Source: an uncultured Planctomycetia bacterium
Lineage (GTDB): Bacteria > Omnitrophota > Gorgyraeia > Duberdicusellales > 4484-171
Direction: 5' to 3'
DNA length: 64,000 bases
Assembly (NCBI GenBank): GCA_964629655.1
Contig: CAZVQU010000002.1
Span: forward strand, 443 to 64,442
This document shows, in pieces, positions 34,946 to 45,567 of this stretch; position 1 is the stretch's first letter; each line of letters begins with the position of its first letter. A program made the translations under genes and the position numbers. The notes under the pieces were generated by a model, which worked only from the letters and a program-made list of their open reading frames with translations, had not been told where the DNA came from and ran no database searches.

Positions 34946-37693
34946 ATGAAAACAAATTATAAAGATACTTTAAATTTGCCGCGTACTGATTTTTCAATGA
35001 AGGCAAACCTTTCAATTTTAGAGCCTAAGCTTATTTCTGCGTGGCAGGATTCGAACATTTATCAAAAATTAAGAAAGGCGCGCAGGGGGCAGAAGAAGTT
35101 CATGCTCCATGATGGGCCGCCATATGCTAATGGTGCAATCCATATCGGGCATGCCCTAAATAAACTCTTAAAAGACATAATTATCAAGTATAAAGTTCTT
35201 AGTGGCTATGACTGTCCTTTTATTATTGGCTGGGATTGTCATGGTTTACCAGTAGAGCATCAACTGTTCAAAGAGTTAGGCTCTAATAAGCATGACGTAG
35301 AAGTCAGTGATTTCAGGAAGAAAGCTAAGGATTACGCTTTAAAGTTTGTTAAATTGCAAGGTCAGGATTTTATCCGTCTCGGCGTGTTTAGCGACCAAAC
35401 CAATCCCTACCTTACTCTAGACCCAAAGTATGAGCAAGCCGTAATTAAGCTTCTTGGAGAATTAGTCGTGGGAGGATATGTCTATCGCGGCCGTAAACCA
35501 GTTAATTGGTGTCAAGTCTGCGAAACTGCTTTAGCTGAAGCTGAGGTAGAGTATCTTGATAAGCAGTCAGATTCAATTTATTTTCTATTTAAACTTAGCG
35601 ATGGCAAGAAGGTTCTAGCAGAACAAGAGGATAGAGATACTTATTTTCTGGTCTGGACAACTACCCCTTGGACTTTAATTTCTAATGTTGCTGTAGCCCT
35701 GCATCCTAAATTAGACTACTGTTTGGTTCAACTTAAGGATAAAAGAGTTGTCCTGGCCAAAGAGCTAATACCGCAGCTTGAGGAGAAGTTCCAGACTCAA
35801 CTTAAAACAATAAAGTCATTCATTGGGAAGGACCTTGAAGGATTGATTCTTAAGCATCCGTTTATTAATCGAGACTCTCCGCTTGTTTTAGCTGATTTTG
35901 TATCTTGTGAAGAGGGTAGTGGTTGTGTGCATGTTGCCCCGGGTCATGGAGCAGAGGATTTTTCTCTAACTAAAAAATATGATTTAGATATCCTTATGCC
36001 AGTGGATGATAAAGGGATATTCCAAGAACCAGAAGAATTTAAAGGCAAAAACATAAAAGATGCTAATAGTTCAGTAATAAAAGTCTTAAATGATAAAGGA
36101 GCATTAGTTGCTCATGAGAAGATAAATCATTCTTATCCGCATTGTTGGCGTTGCAAGCAGCCGATAATTTTTCGAGCCACATTTCAGTGGTTCTTAAATG
36201 TGGACCATAAGAATTTGCGCCAGGAGGCACTAAAAGTAGTAGATAATGTCCGCTGGGTTCCTTCATCTGGTAAAGAACGCATGAAGAGCATGTTGATGAC
36301 TCGTCCTGACTGGTGCCTTTCTCGTCAAAGGCTTTGGGGCGTGCCTATACCGGCGGTAAAATGCCAGAAGTGCCAAGAGGTAAGTTTAACTAAAGAAATT
36401 ATTGATAAGACTGCTGAGATTTTTGGCAAAAGAGGTTCTGACTCATGGTTTAGCCTGGAATTGGACAAGTTTCTTCCCAAAAACTTTAAATGTTCCTGCG
36501 GTTGCAGTGATTTTGTAAAGGAATTTGATATTCTTGATGTATGGTTTGAATCCGGGGCAAGTTTTTTAGCAGTAGTAAAGAACAATCCTGACCTTGAGTT
36601 TCCGGCAGACCTGTATTTAGAGGGTAGCGATCAACATCGAGGGTGGTTTCAGGTTTCGTTAATTCCTTCTGTAGCTAAAGAGAAGCGCGCCCCATTTAAA
36701 ACAATCCTAACTCATGGTTTCGTGGTTGATGGCGAGGGGAGAAAAATGTCAAAGTCTTTAGGTAATGTGATTGCTCCTCAAGAAATTTCAAAACAATATG
36801 GTGCTGAAATTTTACGGTTATGGGCAGCTTACACAGACTACAGCGAAGATATTAAGATTTCAGAAGGGATTATTAAACAGCTAGTCGATATGTATAGAAA
36901 AATGCGTAACACCATAAGGTTTATCTTAGGGAATATATCTGATTTTAACCCCGGAGAGTTTAATTTACCTTACAGGAGCTTGCAAGAGGTCGATAAGTTC
37001 ATGTTAGCTAAACTAATGCGTTTTTACCAGGAAGTAACTACCTGCTATGAAGACTTTAGCTTTTATAGAGTTTGTCAAAAAGTGTTTAATTTTTGTAACC
37101 TAGACTTAAGCTCTTTTTACCTTGACATTTTAAAGGACAGATTATATACTTCTTCTCGATGTTCTGATGCGCGTAAGAGCGCACAATTCGTTCTTTATCA
37201 GGCTTTGGATGTTTTGCTTAAGTTAATTGCGCCAATTCTTTCCTTTACAGCCGAAGAAGCTTATCTCACTTGGGGTAGGTCCGCCGAAAGCGGAGGTTCA
37301 ATCTTTCTCTCTTCTTTCACTAAAAAATACCCCAAAGAATGGTCTAGTGAAGATGTGCTTGAGCGTTGGGAAAGAATATTTTCTCTACGCGAGCAAGTTT
37401 TAAAAGAGATAGAGAAAAGGCGGGAGGAAGGAGTCATCGGGAGTTCTCTAGAGAGCGATGTCTTCGTAAATTGTAAAGGTAAAGATTACTCCTTTTACAA
37501 AGGCTACCAGGACGTCTTAAATGAAGTCTTTATCGTTTCTTTGGTAACGATAGGAGAAGGTGATTTTTCTATTGCCGTCGAAAAATCTAAAGGTAAAAAA
37601 TGTTTACGCTGTTGGAATTGGAGCGATAGCGTTGGAGAAAATATAGAATACCCTGATATCTGCAATAAGTGTTTAATATCTTTAAAGGAGTGA
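34946..37693 (+). CDS. ileS: isoleucyl-tRNA synthetase
   Basis: 915 aa; PYANGAIHIGHALN (HIGH), KMSKS, CP1 editing region, C-terminal Zn-binding Cys pairs. Confidence 0.95.
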   Translation: MKTNYKDTLNLPRTDFSMKANLSILEPKLISAWQDSNIYQKLRKARRGQKKFMLHDGPPYANGAIHIGHALNKLLKDIIIKYKVLSGYDCPFIIGWDCHGLPVEHQLFKELGSNKHDVEVSDFRKKAKDYALKFVKLQGQDFIRLGVFSDQTNPYLTLDPKYEQAVIKLLGELVVGGYVYRGRKPVNWCQVCETALAEAEVEYLDKQSDSIYFLFKLSDGKKVLAEQEDRDTYFLVWTTTPWTLISNVAVALHPKLDYCLVQLKDKRVVLAKELIPQLEEKFQTQLKTIKSFIGKDLEGLILKHPFINRDSPLVLADFVSCEEGSGCVHVAPGHGAEDFSLTKKYDLDILMPVDDKGIFQEPEEFKGKNIKDANSSVIKVLNDKGALVAHEKINHSYPHCWRCKQPIIFRATFQWFLNVDHKNLRQEALKVVDNVRWVPSSGKERMKSMLMTRPDWCLSRQRLWGVPIPAVKCQKCQEVSLTKEIIDKTAEIFGKRGSDSWFSLELDKFLPKNFKCSCGCSDFVKEFDILDVWFESGASFLAVVKNNPDLEFPADLYLEGSDQHRGWFQVSLIPSVAKEKRAPFKTILTHGFVVDGEGRKMSKSLGNVIAPQEISKQYGAEILRLWAAYTDYSEDIKISEGIIKQLVDMYRKMRNTIRFILGNISDFNPGEFNLPYRSLQEVDKFMLAKLMRFYQEVTTCYEDFSFYRVCQKVFNFCNLDLSSFYLDILKDRLYTSSRCSDARKSAQFVLYQALDVLLKLIAPILSFTAEEAYLTWGRSAESGGSIFLSSFTKKYPKEWSSEDVLERWERIFSLREQVLKEIEKRREEGVIGSSLESDVFVNCKGKDYSFYKGYQDVLNEVFIVSLVTIGEGDFSIAVEKSKGKKCLRCWNWSDSVGENIEYPDICNKCLISLKE

Positions 37694-38089
37694 ATGATGA
37701 AAAAACGATTTACAAAAAAAGACTTGGATGGTTATAAAGAAAAATTATTTAATCTCAAGGATGATGTCCTAAGCCAAATTAGAGACATCTCAAAAGATAC
37801 CCTGATGAAATCTCAAAAGGATATGTCCGGTGACATTTCCGGGTATGGTCTTCATTTGGCAGATGTTGCTACCGACAATTACGAGCGTGATTTTAATTTA
37901 AACCTTGTGTCTAACGAACGAAAGATCGTTATGGATATCGATGCGGCTCTAAAACGTATCGAAGATAAAACTTATGGAGTTTGTGAGATGTGCAAGAAGC
38001 ACATTGTTAAGACCCGGCTTAAAGCTTTGCCCCACGCAAAATACTGTTACAAGTGTAAAGAGAAGCTTGAAAAAGAAAATAAACTATAG
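37694..38089 (+). CDS. DksA/TraR-family C4 zinc-finger protein
   Basis: coiled coil then CEMCKKHI...YCYKCK four-Cys finger. Confidence 0.75.
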   Translation: MMKKRFTKKDLDGYKEKLFNLKDDVLSQIRDISKDTLMKSQKDMSGDISGYGLHLADVATDNYERDFNLNLVSNERKIVMDIDAALKRIEDKTYGVCEMCKKHIVKTRLKALPHAKYCYKCKEKLEKENKL

Positions 38090-38092
38090 TTT

Positions 38093-38545
38093 ATGGTAAA
38101 AACGTGGATAGTCGCCACGGTAGTATTTTTTGCCGATTTTTTCATCAAAGGTTACCTTCGTTCCCAGTTTCCCTTCCAGTCAACCCCAGTCATTAAGAAC
38201 ATCCTGCATATTACCCTTGTATTTAATTCCGGAGCAGCTTTCGGTATCTTACAAAAAAACACTGTTTTTCTGATCTATGCCGGTATAGTTTTTATCATTC
38301 TTTTTTTCATTTTGATAAAGAAAGAAAATAAAAAAAGTACGCTTTTTTTAATCGCTTGCGGGTTAATCCTCGGAGGAGCTCTTTCAAATCTTTGGGATCG
38401 GCTATGTTTAGGTTATGTTGTTGACTACATTGATTTTCGTATCTGGCCAGTTTTTAATATCTCGGATGCTTGCATTACTATTGGTGCCGGTCTCCTGCTT
38501 TGGGAATCATACCAAGGTCATAGAAGAGTAAAATTACATAAATGA
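38093..38545 (+). CDS. lspA: lipoprotein signal peptidase II
   Basis: NSGAAFG, DRL..GYVVDYIDF, NISDACI conserved LspA boxes; ileS-lspA synteny. Confidence 0.85.
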   Translation: MVKTWIVATVVFFADFFIKGYLRSQFPFQSTPVIKNILHITLVFNSGAAFGILQKNTVFLIYAGIVFIILFFILIKKENKKSTLFLIACGLILGGALSNLWDRLCLGYVVDYIDFRIWPVFNISDACITIGAGLLLWESYQGHRRVKLHK

Positions 38546-39444
38546 AAAAACAGTTAATTGTTGGTAAGGAGCATGCTGGGCAACGTCTAGACAAGTTCCT
38601 GAGCAGCCAGCTAGATTTTCTTTCCAGGACAAAAATCCATGACTTGATAAAAAATGGTTTTGTGCTTGTTGACGGCCAAGGAAGAAAGGTTAGCTTTCTT
38701 ATCCATCACCAACAGCAAATCTCAATAACCTTAAAAGAAGAAAAAAAGGAGTTGAAGCCGTTTAATTTTGCGGTTAAGATTATCTATGAAGATAGTGATA
38801 TAATAGTTGTTGATAAACCTCCGGGGTTGGTTGTGCATCCACCTCAAGAGGGTCACCATAAAACCTTAGTTAATGCTTTATTGTATCTGAAAAAAGAGCT
38901 TAGCTCTTCAGCGAACACTTTGCGTCCGGGAGTAGTCCACCGCTTAGATAAAGAAACCAGCGGAGTTATGGTGTTAACAAAAAATGAACATAGCTACAAT
39001 AGTCTTGTTGCCCAATTTAAAGAAAGAAAGGTCTTTAAAGAGTATCGAGCAATCGTTTGGGGCAAGATAAAGAAAGAAAAAATGCTCATTGATTTGCCTC
39101 TAACTCGAGATACTAAAAACCGGCTCAAGATGAAGGTTAGTTTTCTTAAGGCAAAACAGGCTTACACCGACCTCGAGGTATTAGAGCGGCTAGAGGATTC
39201 AACATGTTTAAGTCTTAAGCCACGGACTGGAAGGATGCATCAGATACGGGTACACCTTAAATTTTTGGGATTTCCGATAGTTGGTGATAAGAAATACGGG
39301 GTAAAAGACGATTACAAAGAGCTATTTCTGCACGCTAAAGAGTTGAGTTTTACTCACCCTCGGGAGGAAAAACTTCTGAGGTTTCAATCGGCATTACCTG
39401 ATAAGTTTTCAAAATTTATAGCCGAACATAAGACACAGCACTAA
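38542..39444 (+). CDS. RluA-family 23S rRNA pseudouridine synthase (RluD-like)
   Basis: S4-like N-terminus, HRLDKETSGVMVL catalytic Asp motif. Confidence 0.8.
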   Translation: MKKQLIVGKEHAGQRLDKFLSSQLDFLSRTKIHDLIKNGFVLVDGQGRKVSFLIHHQQQISITLKEEKKELKPFNFAVKIIYEDSDIIVVDKPPGLVVHPPQEGHHKTLVNALLYLKKELSSSANTLRPGVVHRLDKETSGVMVLTKNEHSYNSLVAQFKERKVFKEYRAIVWGKIKKEKMLIDLPLTRDTKNRLKMKVSFLKAKQAYTDLEVLERLEDSTCLSLKPRTGRMHQIRVHLKFLGFPIVGDKKYGVKDDYKELFLHAKELSFTHPREEKLLRFQSALPDKFSKFIAEHKTQH

Positions 39445-39460
39445 TACAGGAGTATGCAAT

Positions 39461-40771
39461 ATGTACAGGGTAAAGTATTTAAGCAATTTAACTAAGGAAA
39501 TTAATGTTCCGCCAGATAAATCTATATCTCACCGGGCAGCTATTATCTCATCTCTTTGCCTTGGCAAAACTCTAATAAAGCCTTTCTTGCATAGTGAGGA
39601 CACCATGGTAACCGTAGATTGTTTAGAAAAGCTGGGAGTAAAAACAGAAAAAAATGATGATTCTTTTATTGTCGATGGTGTGGGAATGCACTTTCCCAGG
39701 AGCGAGAATGTCGATCTTTATGCCCGAGATTCCGGAACAACGTTACGAATACTTAGCGGAGTGCTTGTTGCTCAGAAATTCAGCGTTGAGTTTAGGGCTG
39801 CTGAATCTTTAAACAGAAGACCCATGGATAGAATTGTTAATCCTCTAAGTCAAATGGGGGCGAAAATAGAAGGTAAGAAACAAGACAATAGCCTTCTTGA
39901 CACCGAAGCAATTACTTCTGCGCCCCTATCAATATCACCGAGTCAAGAGGGCATCAAAGGAGGAGAATTCGATTTAGAAATTGCTAGCGCTCAAGTAAAA
40001 TCAGCGATTATGCTAGCTTCGCTTTATGCTGATTCCCAAACTATTATTCGTGAACCTTATAAATCTCGGGACCATACCGAAAGGATGCTAAAGCTTTTTG
40101 GTGCAGATATCCAAGTGCAGGGCAAAGAAATTATTTGTAAACCGGCAAAGAGGCTAGTTTCGCCAAAAGAGATTTATATTCCTTCTGACTTTTCTTCAGC
40201 GGCTTTCTTTATTGTACTTGGTTTAATTTTGGAAGATGCAAATCTAACCATAAAGAATGTCAATATTAACCCTAGCCGTTGTGGGTTACTAAAAGTTCTA
40301 AAAGAGATGGGAGCCAATATAGAAATTACCAACGAAAAAGAGGGTTATGAACCTTATGCTGACATTACGGTTAAAAGTTCCAATTTGCGAGGTGCAGTAG
40401 TTGAACCAGATGAAGTACCTTCAATGATTGATGAAATACCAATACTTTGCGTAGCTGCTTCTTTTGCTACCGGGAGAACTCTTATCCAGGGAATCGGTGA
40501 ATTAAAGGTAAAGGAAACCGATCGAATTAATTCAATTTCCAAAAACTTAACTACTGCCGGAGTAAAAGTAGAGGTAGATAACGATAACGAGCTGATGATC
40601 GAGGGCGTAAAGGAACATAAGGCCTCTCATTTTATGAGTTTTGGTGACCATCGCACTGCTATGAGCGCTGTAATTTTAGGGGCAGCAATTGGGAACAACT
40701 GTACCATTGATGATACCCAATGCATAAATAAATCTTTCCCTCAATTTATACCCTTATTCGAATCACTATAG
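39461..40771 (+). CDS. aroA: 3-phosphoshikimate 1-carboxyvinyltransferase (EPSP synthase)
   Basis: PPDKSISHRAAI, DSGTTLRIL, ETDRI motifs. Confidence 0.9.
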   Translation: MYRVKYLSNLTKEINVPPDKSISHRAAIISSLCLGKTLIKPFLHSEDTMVTVDCLEKLGVKTEKNDDSFIVDGVGMHFPRSENVDLYARDSGTTLRILSGVLVAQKFSVEFRAAESLNRRPMDRIVNPLSQMGAKIEGKKQDNSLLDTEAITSAPLSISPSQEGIKGGEFDLEIASAQVKSAIMLASLYADSQTIIREPYKSRDHTERMLKLFGADIQVQGKEIICKPAKRLVSPKEIYIPSDFSSAAFFIVLGLILEDANLTIKNVNINPSRCGLLKVLKEMGANIEITNEKEGYEPYADITVKSSNLRGAVVEPDEVPSMIDEIPILCVAASFATGRTLIQGIGELKVKETDRINSISKNLTTAGVKVEVDNDNELMIEGVKEHKASHFMSFGDHRTAMSAVILGAAIGNNCTIDDTQCINKSFPQFIPLFESL

Positions 40772-40783
40772 TAACTATTAGCT

Positions 40784-41545
40784 ATGAAGATTGCTAAATT
40801 TCTCTTTAGAAAAACCATTAACTGGGGGGTGGTAGAAAGGGAAAAGATTTTAATCTTAGAATCCCCGCCTTTTACGGGAATAAAACCGACTTCAAGAAAA
40901 ATTCTTCTTAAGGAGTGTAAACTTCTTGCTCCTGCCAGGGCCAGCAAAGTAATTCTCATCGGTCTTAATTATCGAGATCATGCTCAGGAATTAAAGATGA
41001 AAATTCCTAAAGAACCGATAGTGTTTTTAAAGCCACCAACTGCTCTTATCGGGAATAAAGACTTGATTCAATGCCCTAGGGGCGTTAAGCGTCTGGATTA
41101 TGAAGCTGAGCTGGCTTTGGTGATAAAAAGAAAAGCAAAAAACATCACCACTAAAGATGCCAAAAAATATATACTCGGCTACACCTGCCTCAATGATGTA
41201 ACTGCAAGGGATCTTCAAGCTAAAGACGGGCAGTGGACTCGGGCAAAGTCATTTGATACCTTTTGTCCTCTTGGACCTTGGCTTGAGACAAAGATTTCTG
41301 CAGATAGATTAGCCATCCAGTTGCATTTAAACAAGAAAATAAAACAAGATTCATCTACAAAGCACTTTATTTTTTCAATCTCACACCTAGTAGCTTTTAT
41401 TTCTAGAATAATGACTTTATTTCCCGGTGATGTGATTTCAACCGGGACACCTCCGGGAGTAGGCAAGATGAATGTTGGTGATAAGGTTACGGTTAGAATC
41501 GAGGGAATTGGGGAATTAGAAAACAGAGTAGTACGAGGCAAGTGA
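40784..41545 (+). CDS. fumarylacetoacetate hydrolase (FAH)-family protein
   Basis: [36 protein letters not shown]-fold signatures. Confidence 0.75.
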   Translation: MKIAKFLFRKTINWGVVEREKILILESPPFTGIKPTSRKILLKECKLLAPARASKVILIGLNYRDHAQELKMKIPKEPIVFLKPPTALIGNKDLIQCPRGVKRLDYEAELALVIKRKAKNITTKDAKKYILGYTCLNDVTARDLQAKDGQWTRAKSFDTFCPLGPWLETKISADRLAIQLHLNKKIKQDSSTKHFIFSISHLVAFISRIMTLFPGDVISTGTPPGVGKMNVGDKVTVRIEGIGELENRVVRGK

Positions 41546-41961
41546 TGAAGAGTCATACCGAACATTTAACATTAAATACTAAAAGAAGAGTTGAATTCGT
41601 TAATCTTACTCCGGATGTTAAGAAAGTTTTGGCTAAAAGCGGCATCAAAGAAGGCTTATGCTTAGTAAATGCTATGCACATAACAGCTTCGGTCTTTATT
41701 AATGATGAAGAAAGAGGCCTAAAGGAGGACTTCAAAGAGTGGCTGGAAGGTTTGGCCCCTGAAGACATTGATAAATACAAGCATAATCTTACTGGTGAGG
41801 ATAATGGCTATGCTCATCTCAGGCGTACAATTATGGGTAGAGAAGTAGTAGTAGCAATAACTGCTGGTAAGTTAGATTTCGGGCCTTGGGAGCAGATTTT
41901 CTATGCTGAATTTGATGGCCAACGGCCTAAACGTATTTTAGTAAAGGTAATCGGAGAATAA
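41542..41961 (+). CDS. yjbQ: YjbQ/UPF0047-family protein
   Basis: 139 aa; [19 protein letters not shown] and HLRRTIMG motifs. Confidence 0.75.
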   Translation: MMKSHTEHLTLNTKRRVEFVNLTPDVKKVLAKSGIKEGLCLVNAMHITASVFINDEERGLKEDFKEWLEGLAPEDIDKYKHNLTGEDNGYAHLRRTIMGREVVVAITAGKLDFGPWEQIFYAEFDGQRPKRILVKVIGE

Positions 41962-42036
41962 TCCTCGAGTCTTAAGTTTTGGGTTGTAATTTACCTGCCT
42001 CTATTATATAATCCCTTAGCACAGAAAGGTTAAAAT

Positions 42037-44685
42037 ATGGAAATTCCTTCAAAATATAATCCTAAAGAGGTAGAGCCAAGAATCTTAAAACAATGGGTTG
42101 AGAATAAGGTTTTCTCTGCTAAGACTGGCTCTAAGAGTAACTACTCAATTGTTATTCCGCCCCCCAATATTACCGGTATCCTTCATATGGGCCATGGTTT
42201 AAATAACACGATCCAAGATGTATTGATCCGATACCAGCGGATGAGAGGATGTCAGTCCCTTTGGATGCCGGGAACTGATCATGCTGGTATTGCTACCCAG
42301 AATGTTGTCGAAAAAGATCTGGCAAAAGAAGGTTTACGCAAGGAAGAAATCGGCCGAGAGGAATTTACCAAAAAACTCTGGGCCTGGAGAGATAAATACG
42401 GTTCAACAATTATTGATCAGCTCAAAAAGTTGGGCGCAAGCTGTGATTGGCAAAGATTGCGTTTCACTATGGACGATCGGTATAGCAACGCCGTGGGGGA
42501 AGTTTTTACAAAGCTGCATGCGAAAGGTTTAATCTATAGAGGAAATTATATTATTAACTGGTGCCCGAGGTGTAAAACTGCTTTAAGCGATGAAGAAGCA
42601 GCTCATAAGGATATTGATGGCTGGCTATACTATATAAAGTACCCGGTTAAATCCAGTGGCGATTTAGCAGCGAATAAGAAATATATCATTGTGGCTACAA
42701 CAAGACCAGAGACAATGCTAGGAGATACAGCGGTAGCTATCAATCCTAAAGATAAGCGTTATAAATGGCTAAAAGGCGCTAAGATTGTATTGCCGGTAGT
42801 CGGGAGGGAAATACCAGTCATTGAAGATGAAGCTATTGATCCTGGGTTTGGTACCGGAGTGGTCAAAGTAACCCCGGCCCATGACCCTGCTGATTTTGTG
42901 ATTGGTAAAAAATACAACTTAGAATTTATAAATATAATGAATGAAGATGCCACTTTAAATAAGAATGTCCCCAGTGACTTTGTCGGCATGGATAGATTCA
43001 AGGCTAGAGAAGCCTTGCTCACTCTCTTAGAGGATAAGAAATTAATTGATAAAAAAGTACCTCACATTATAGGCGCCGGACATTGTTACCGTTGCCATAC
43101 AATAGTCGAACCGCGGATATCTCTACAGTGGTTTGTAAAAATGAAGCCTCTGGCTGCTGGAGCAATAAAGGTTGTTGAAAAGGGTAAGGTTAGATTTCAT
43201 CCTCAAAGGTGGAAAAAAGTTTATCTTAATTGGATGTATAATATTCAAGATTGGTGCATATCACGACAAATCTGGTGGGGGCACCGTATACCAGCATATT
43301 ACTGTCTTGATTGCCGAAAGGGAAGTGATCAGGATAGTGAAGTAGGAATAATCGTATCTAAGATAAGGCCGGATAAATGTCCAAAATGCGGTTCGAAGAA
43401 CTTAGAGCAGGATAAGGATGTCTTAGATACTTGGTTTTCAAGCTGGCTTTGGCCATTTGCTACTTTTGGCTGGCCAGATAAGACAAAAGATCTTAAATAC
43501 TTCTACCCTACAAATTGTCTCGTTACCGCCTCGGAAATCCTATTTTTCTGGGTCGCTCGAATGGTTATGGCTAGTTTAGAATTTACCAAGGAAATTCCTT
43601 TCCAAGATGTATTAATACACGGAACCGTAAGGGATGAACGGGGAATAAAAATGTCAAAGTCATTGGGCAATACAATTGATCCTTTAGAAATTATTGATAA
43701 GTTTGGCGCTGATGCCTTAAGATTTTCTTTAATGCTTCTTGCTGCTGGCGGTTCAGATGTTTATTTAAACGAAGAAAAGTTCTTGGTTGGAAGGAATTTT
43801 TCCAATAAAATCTGGAATGCCACCCGATTCATTCTTTTAAAGATTAAAGAGGGTGGTTTTAAGGTAAAAGATCTTAAGCTCTCGGATCTTGATTCAACTG
43901 ATGATTGGGTGCTAGCTGAGCTAAACAGCACTATCGATAAGGTTTCAAAGAAATTAGACAATTACTCGCTGAATGAGGCAACTAAAGAAATATATGACTT
44001 TTTCTGGCATGTATTTTGTGATTGGTATATAGAGATTGTTAAAGATAACTTTAGCCTTAGCAAGGCAAAAGTATTAATCTACGTTCTTCTTAACTCGATA
44101 AAACTACTACACCCTTTAATGCCTTTTATTACTGAGGAGATTTTTTCTATAATTACAAAACATACCAGCCTTTCTTTGGATAAAACTATAGTAAATGCAA
44201 CCTGGCCCAAAAAATACAAACTTAAAACCACTGGCAAAGAAGTAGCTTCTCTTATTGCTACAATACGTAACTTGCGTAATATAAAAGCTGACTTGGGCCT
44301 GGGTCAGAAAAAGGTAAAATTAGAAGTGTGTTTGAGCCGCCAGGGAAACAAAAAGTTTTGGGAGGAAAATATTACCTGGATAAAGCATCTCACCCTTAGC
44401 GAATCAATAAGTTTTGTAGGAGAGTTAGAGCGGGTGCTCTATGAAAGTGAGGGCTTAGCTTTAAATCTCGACATAGGGTCAGTTGACTTAAGTATTTTTC
44501 TTGCTTCTTTAGATAAAAAGGTTGCCAATCTTGACAATGTTTTCAAAAAAGCAACTGAGAAATTGAAGAACAAGAAGTTCCTGACGAAAGCCTCTCCTGA
44601 TATTATTGATAGAGAAAAGAAAAAATTCAAGGATATCTCAGCAGATCTTATGCGCCTGAGGGGGTTAAAAGATGTCTTTAAGTAA
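42037..44685 (+). CDS. valS: valyl-tRNA synthetase
   Basis: 882 aa; PPPNITGILHMGH (HIGH), KMSKSLGN, C-terminal coiled coil. Confidence 0.95.
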   Translation: MEIPSKYNPKEVEPRILKQWVENKVFSAKTGSKSNYSIVIPPPNITGILHMGHGLNNTIQDVLIRYQRMRGCQSLWMPGTDHAGIATQNVVEKDLAKEGLRKEEIGREEFTKKLWAWRDKYGSTIIDQLKKLGASCDWQRLRFTMDDRYSNAVGEVFTKLHAKGLIYRGNYIINWCPRCKTALSDEEAAHKDIDGWLYYIKYPVKSSGDLAANKKYIIVATTRPETMLGDTAVAINPKDKRYKWLKGAKIVLPVVGREIPVIEDEAIDPGFGTGVVKVTPAHDPADFVIGKKYNLEFINIMNEDATLNKNVPSDFVGMDRFKAREALLTLLEDKKLIDKKVPHIIGAGHCYRCHTIVEPRISLQWFVKMKPLAAGAIKVVEKGKVRFHPQRWKKVYLNWMYNIQDWCISRQIWWGHRIPAYYCLDCRKGSDQDSEVGIIVSKIRPDKCPKCGSKNLEQDKDVLDTWFSSWLWPFATFGWPDKTKDLKYFYPTNCLVTASEILFFWVARMVMASLEFTKEIPFQDVLIHGTVRDERGIKMSKSLGNTIDPLEIIDKFGADALRFSLMLLAAGGSDVYLNEEKFLVGRNFSNKIWNATRFILLKIKEGGFKVKDLKLSDLDSTDDWVLAELNSTIDKVSKKLDNYSLNEATKEIYDFFWHVFCDWYIEIVKDNFSLSKAKVLIYVLLNSIKLLHPLMPFITEEIFSIITKHTSLSLDKTIVNATWPKKYKLKTTGKEVASLIATIRNLRNIKADLGLGQKKVKLEVCLSRQGNKKFWEENITWIKHLTLSESISFVGELERVLYESEGLALNLDIGSVDLSIFLASLDKKVANLDNVFKKATEKLKNKKFLTKASPDIIDREKKKFKDISADLMRLRGLKDVFK

Positions 44686-45541
44686 ACACATCCAAGTTGT
44701 CGTAAAGAGTGCTTTAGGAGAAGATGGTTGTCAAAAAGACATAACTACTACCTTAGCCATTTCTTCTAAGCTCAAAGGAAAAGGAGTAATCGTTGCCCAG
44801 GAAAAAGGCATACTCTCGGGCCTAGAAGTGGCTAAGGCTGTGTTTAAACAACTAAACAGGAAAATAGTATTTAAAGCCCTGAAGAAAGACGGCAGTGCTT
44901 TTAAGAAAGGTGATAAGATTGCCACCATCCAAGGAAGTCTGCAAACAATCCTTACTGGCGAGCGAGTAGCTTTAAACTTCTTGTCGTTACTATCGGGAGT
45001 TACTACTTTAACTAAAAAATTCGTTGAAAAAGTTAAGGGCGCAGGGGTTGAAATTAAAGATACTCGCAAAACCATACCTAATTTACGGATTTTAGAAAAA
45101 TATGCTGTAGGAATAGGCGGGGGGCGTAACCATCGCATTTCACTATCCGATGGGATTATTATTAAGGATAATCATCTAAAGGCTGCTGGATATATACGTC
45201 GAGGGCGTTTGAATAAAGAGCGTTTCGCGGGGTTAGTGACTACCTTAAAGAAAAAGAGTTCCTTGAAAGTGGAGATTGAAGTAGAGAATTTGGGAGAATT
45301 AAAAGAAGTGCTTAAGTATAAGCCGGATATAATCATGCTCGATAATTTTTCTGTAAAGAATTTAAACAGCGCTGTAAGTTTGCGTAATAAATACTATCCG
45401 AAGATCAAACTTGAAGCATCGGGTGGAGTAAACTTAAAAAACATAAAAGCTGTAGCTAGTAGTGGCGTAGACCATATTTCGATAGGTATGATTACTGACT
45501 CTCCCGAGGTAATTGATTTTTCTTTAGATATTTCTGATTAG
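44672..45541 (+). CDS. nadC: nicotinate-nucleotide pyrophosphorylase (quinolinate phosphoribosyltransferase)
   Basis: ERVALNFLSLLSG, DTRKT, IMLDNF motifs. Confidence 0.85.
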   Translation: MSLSKHIQVVVKSALGEDGCQKDITTTLAISSKLKGKGVIVAQEKGILSGLEVAKAVFKQLNRKIVFKALKKDGSAFKKGDKIATIQGSLQTILTGERVALNFLSLLSGVTTLTKKFVEKVKGAGVEIKDTRKTIPNLRILEKYAVGIGGGRNHRISLSDGIIIKDNHLKAAGYIRRGRLNKERFAGLVTTLKKKSSLKVEIEVENLGELKEVLKYKPDIIMLDNFSVKNLNSAVSLRNKYYPKIKLEASGGVNLKNIKAVASSGVDHISIGMITDSPEVIDFSLDISD

Positions 45542-45567
45542 CACTTCTTACTGCCCCAGAGTAATCA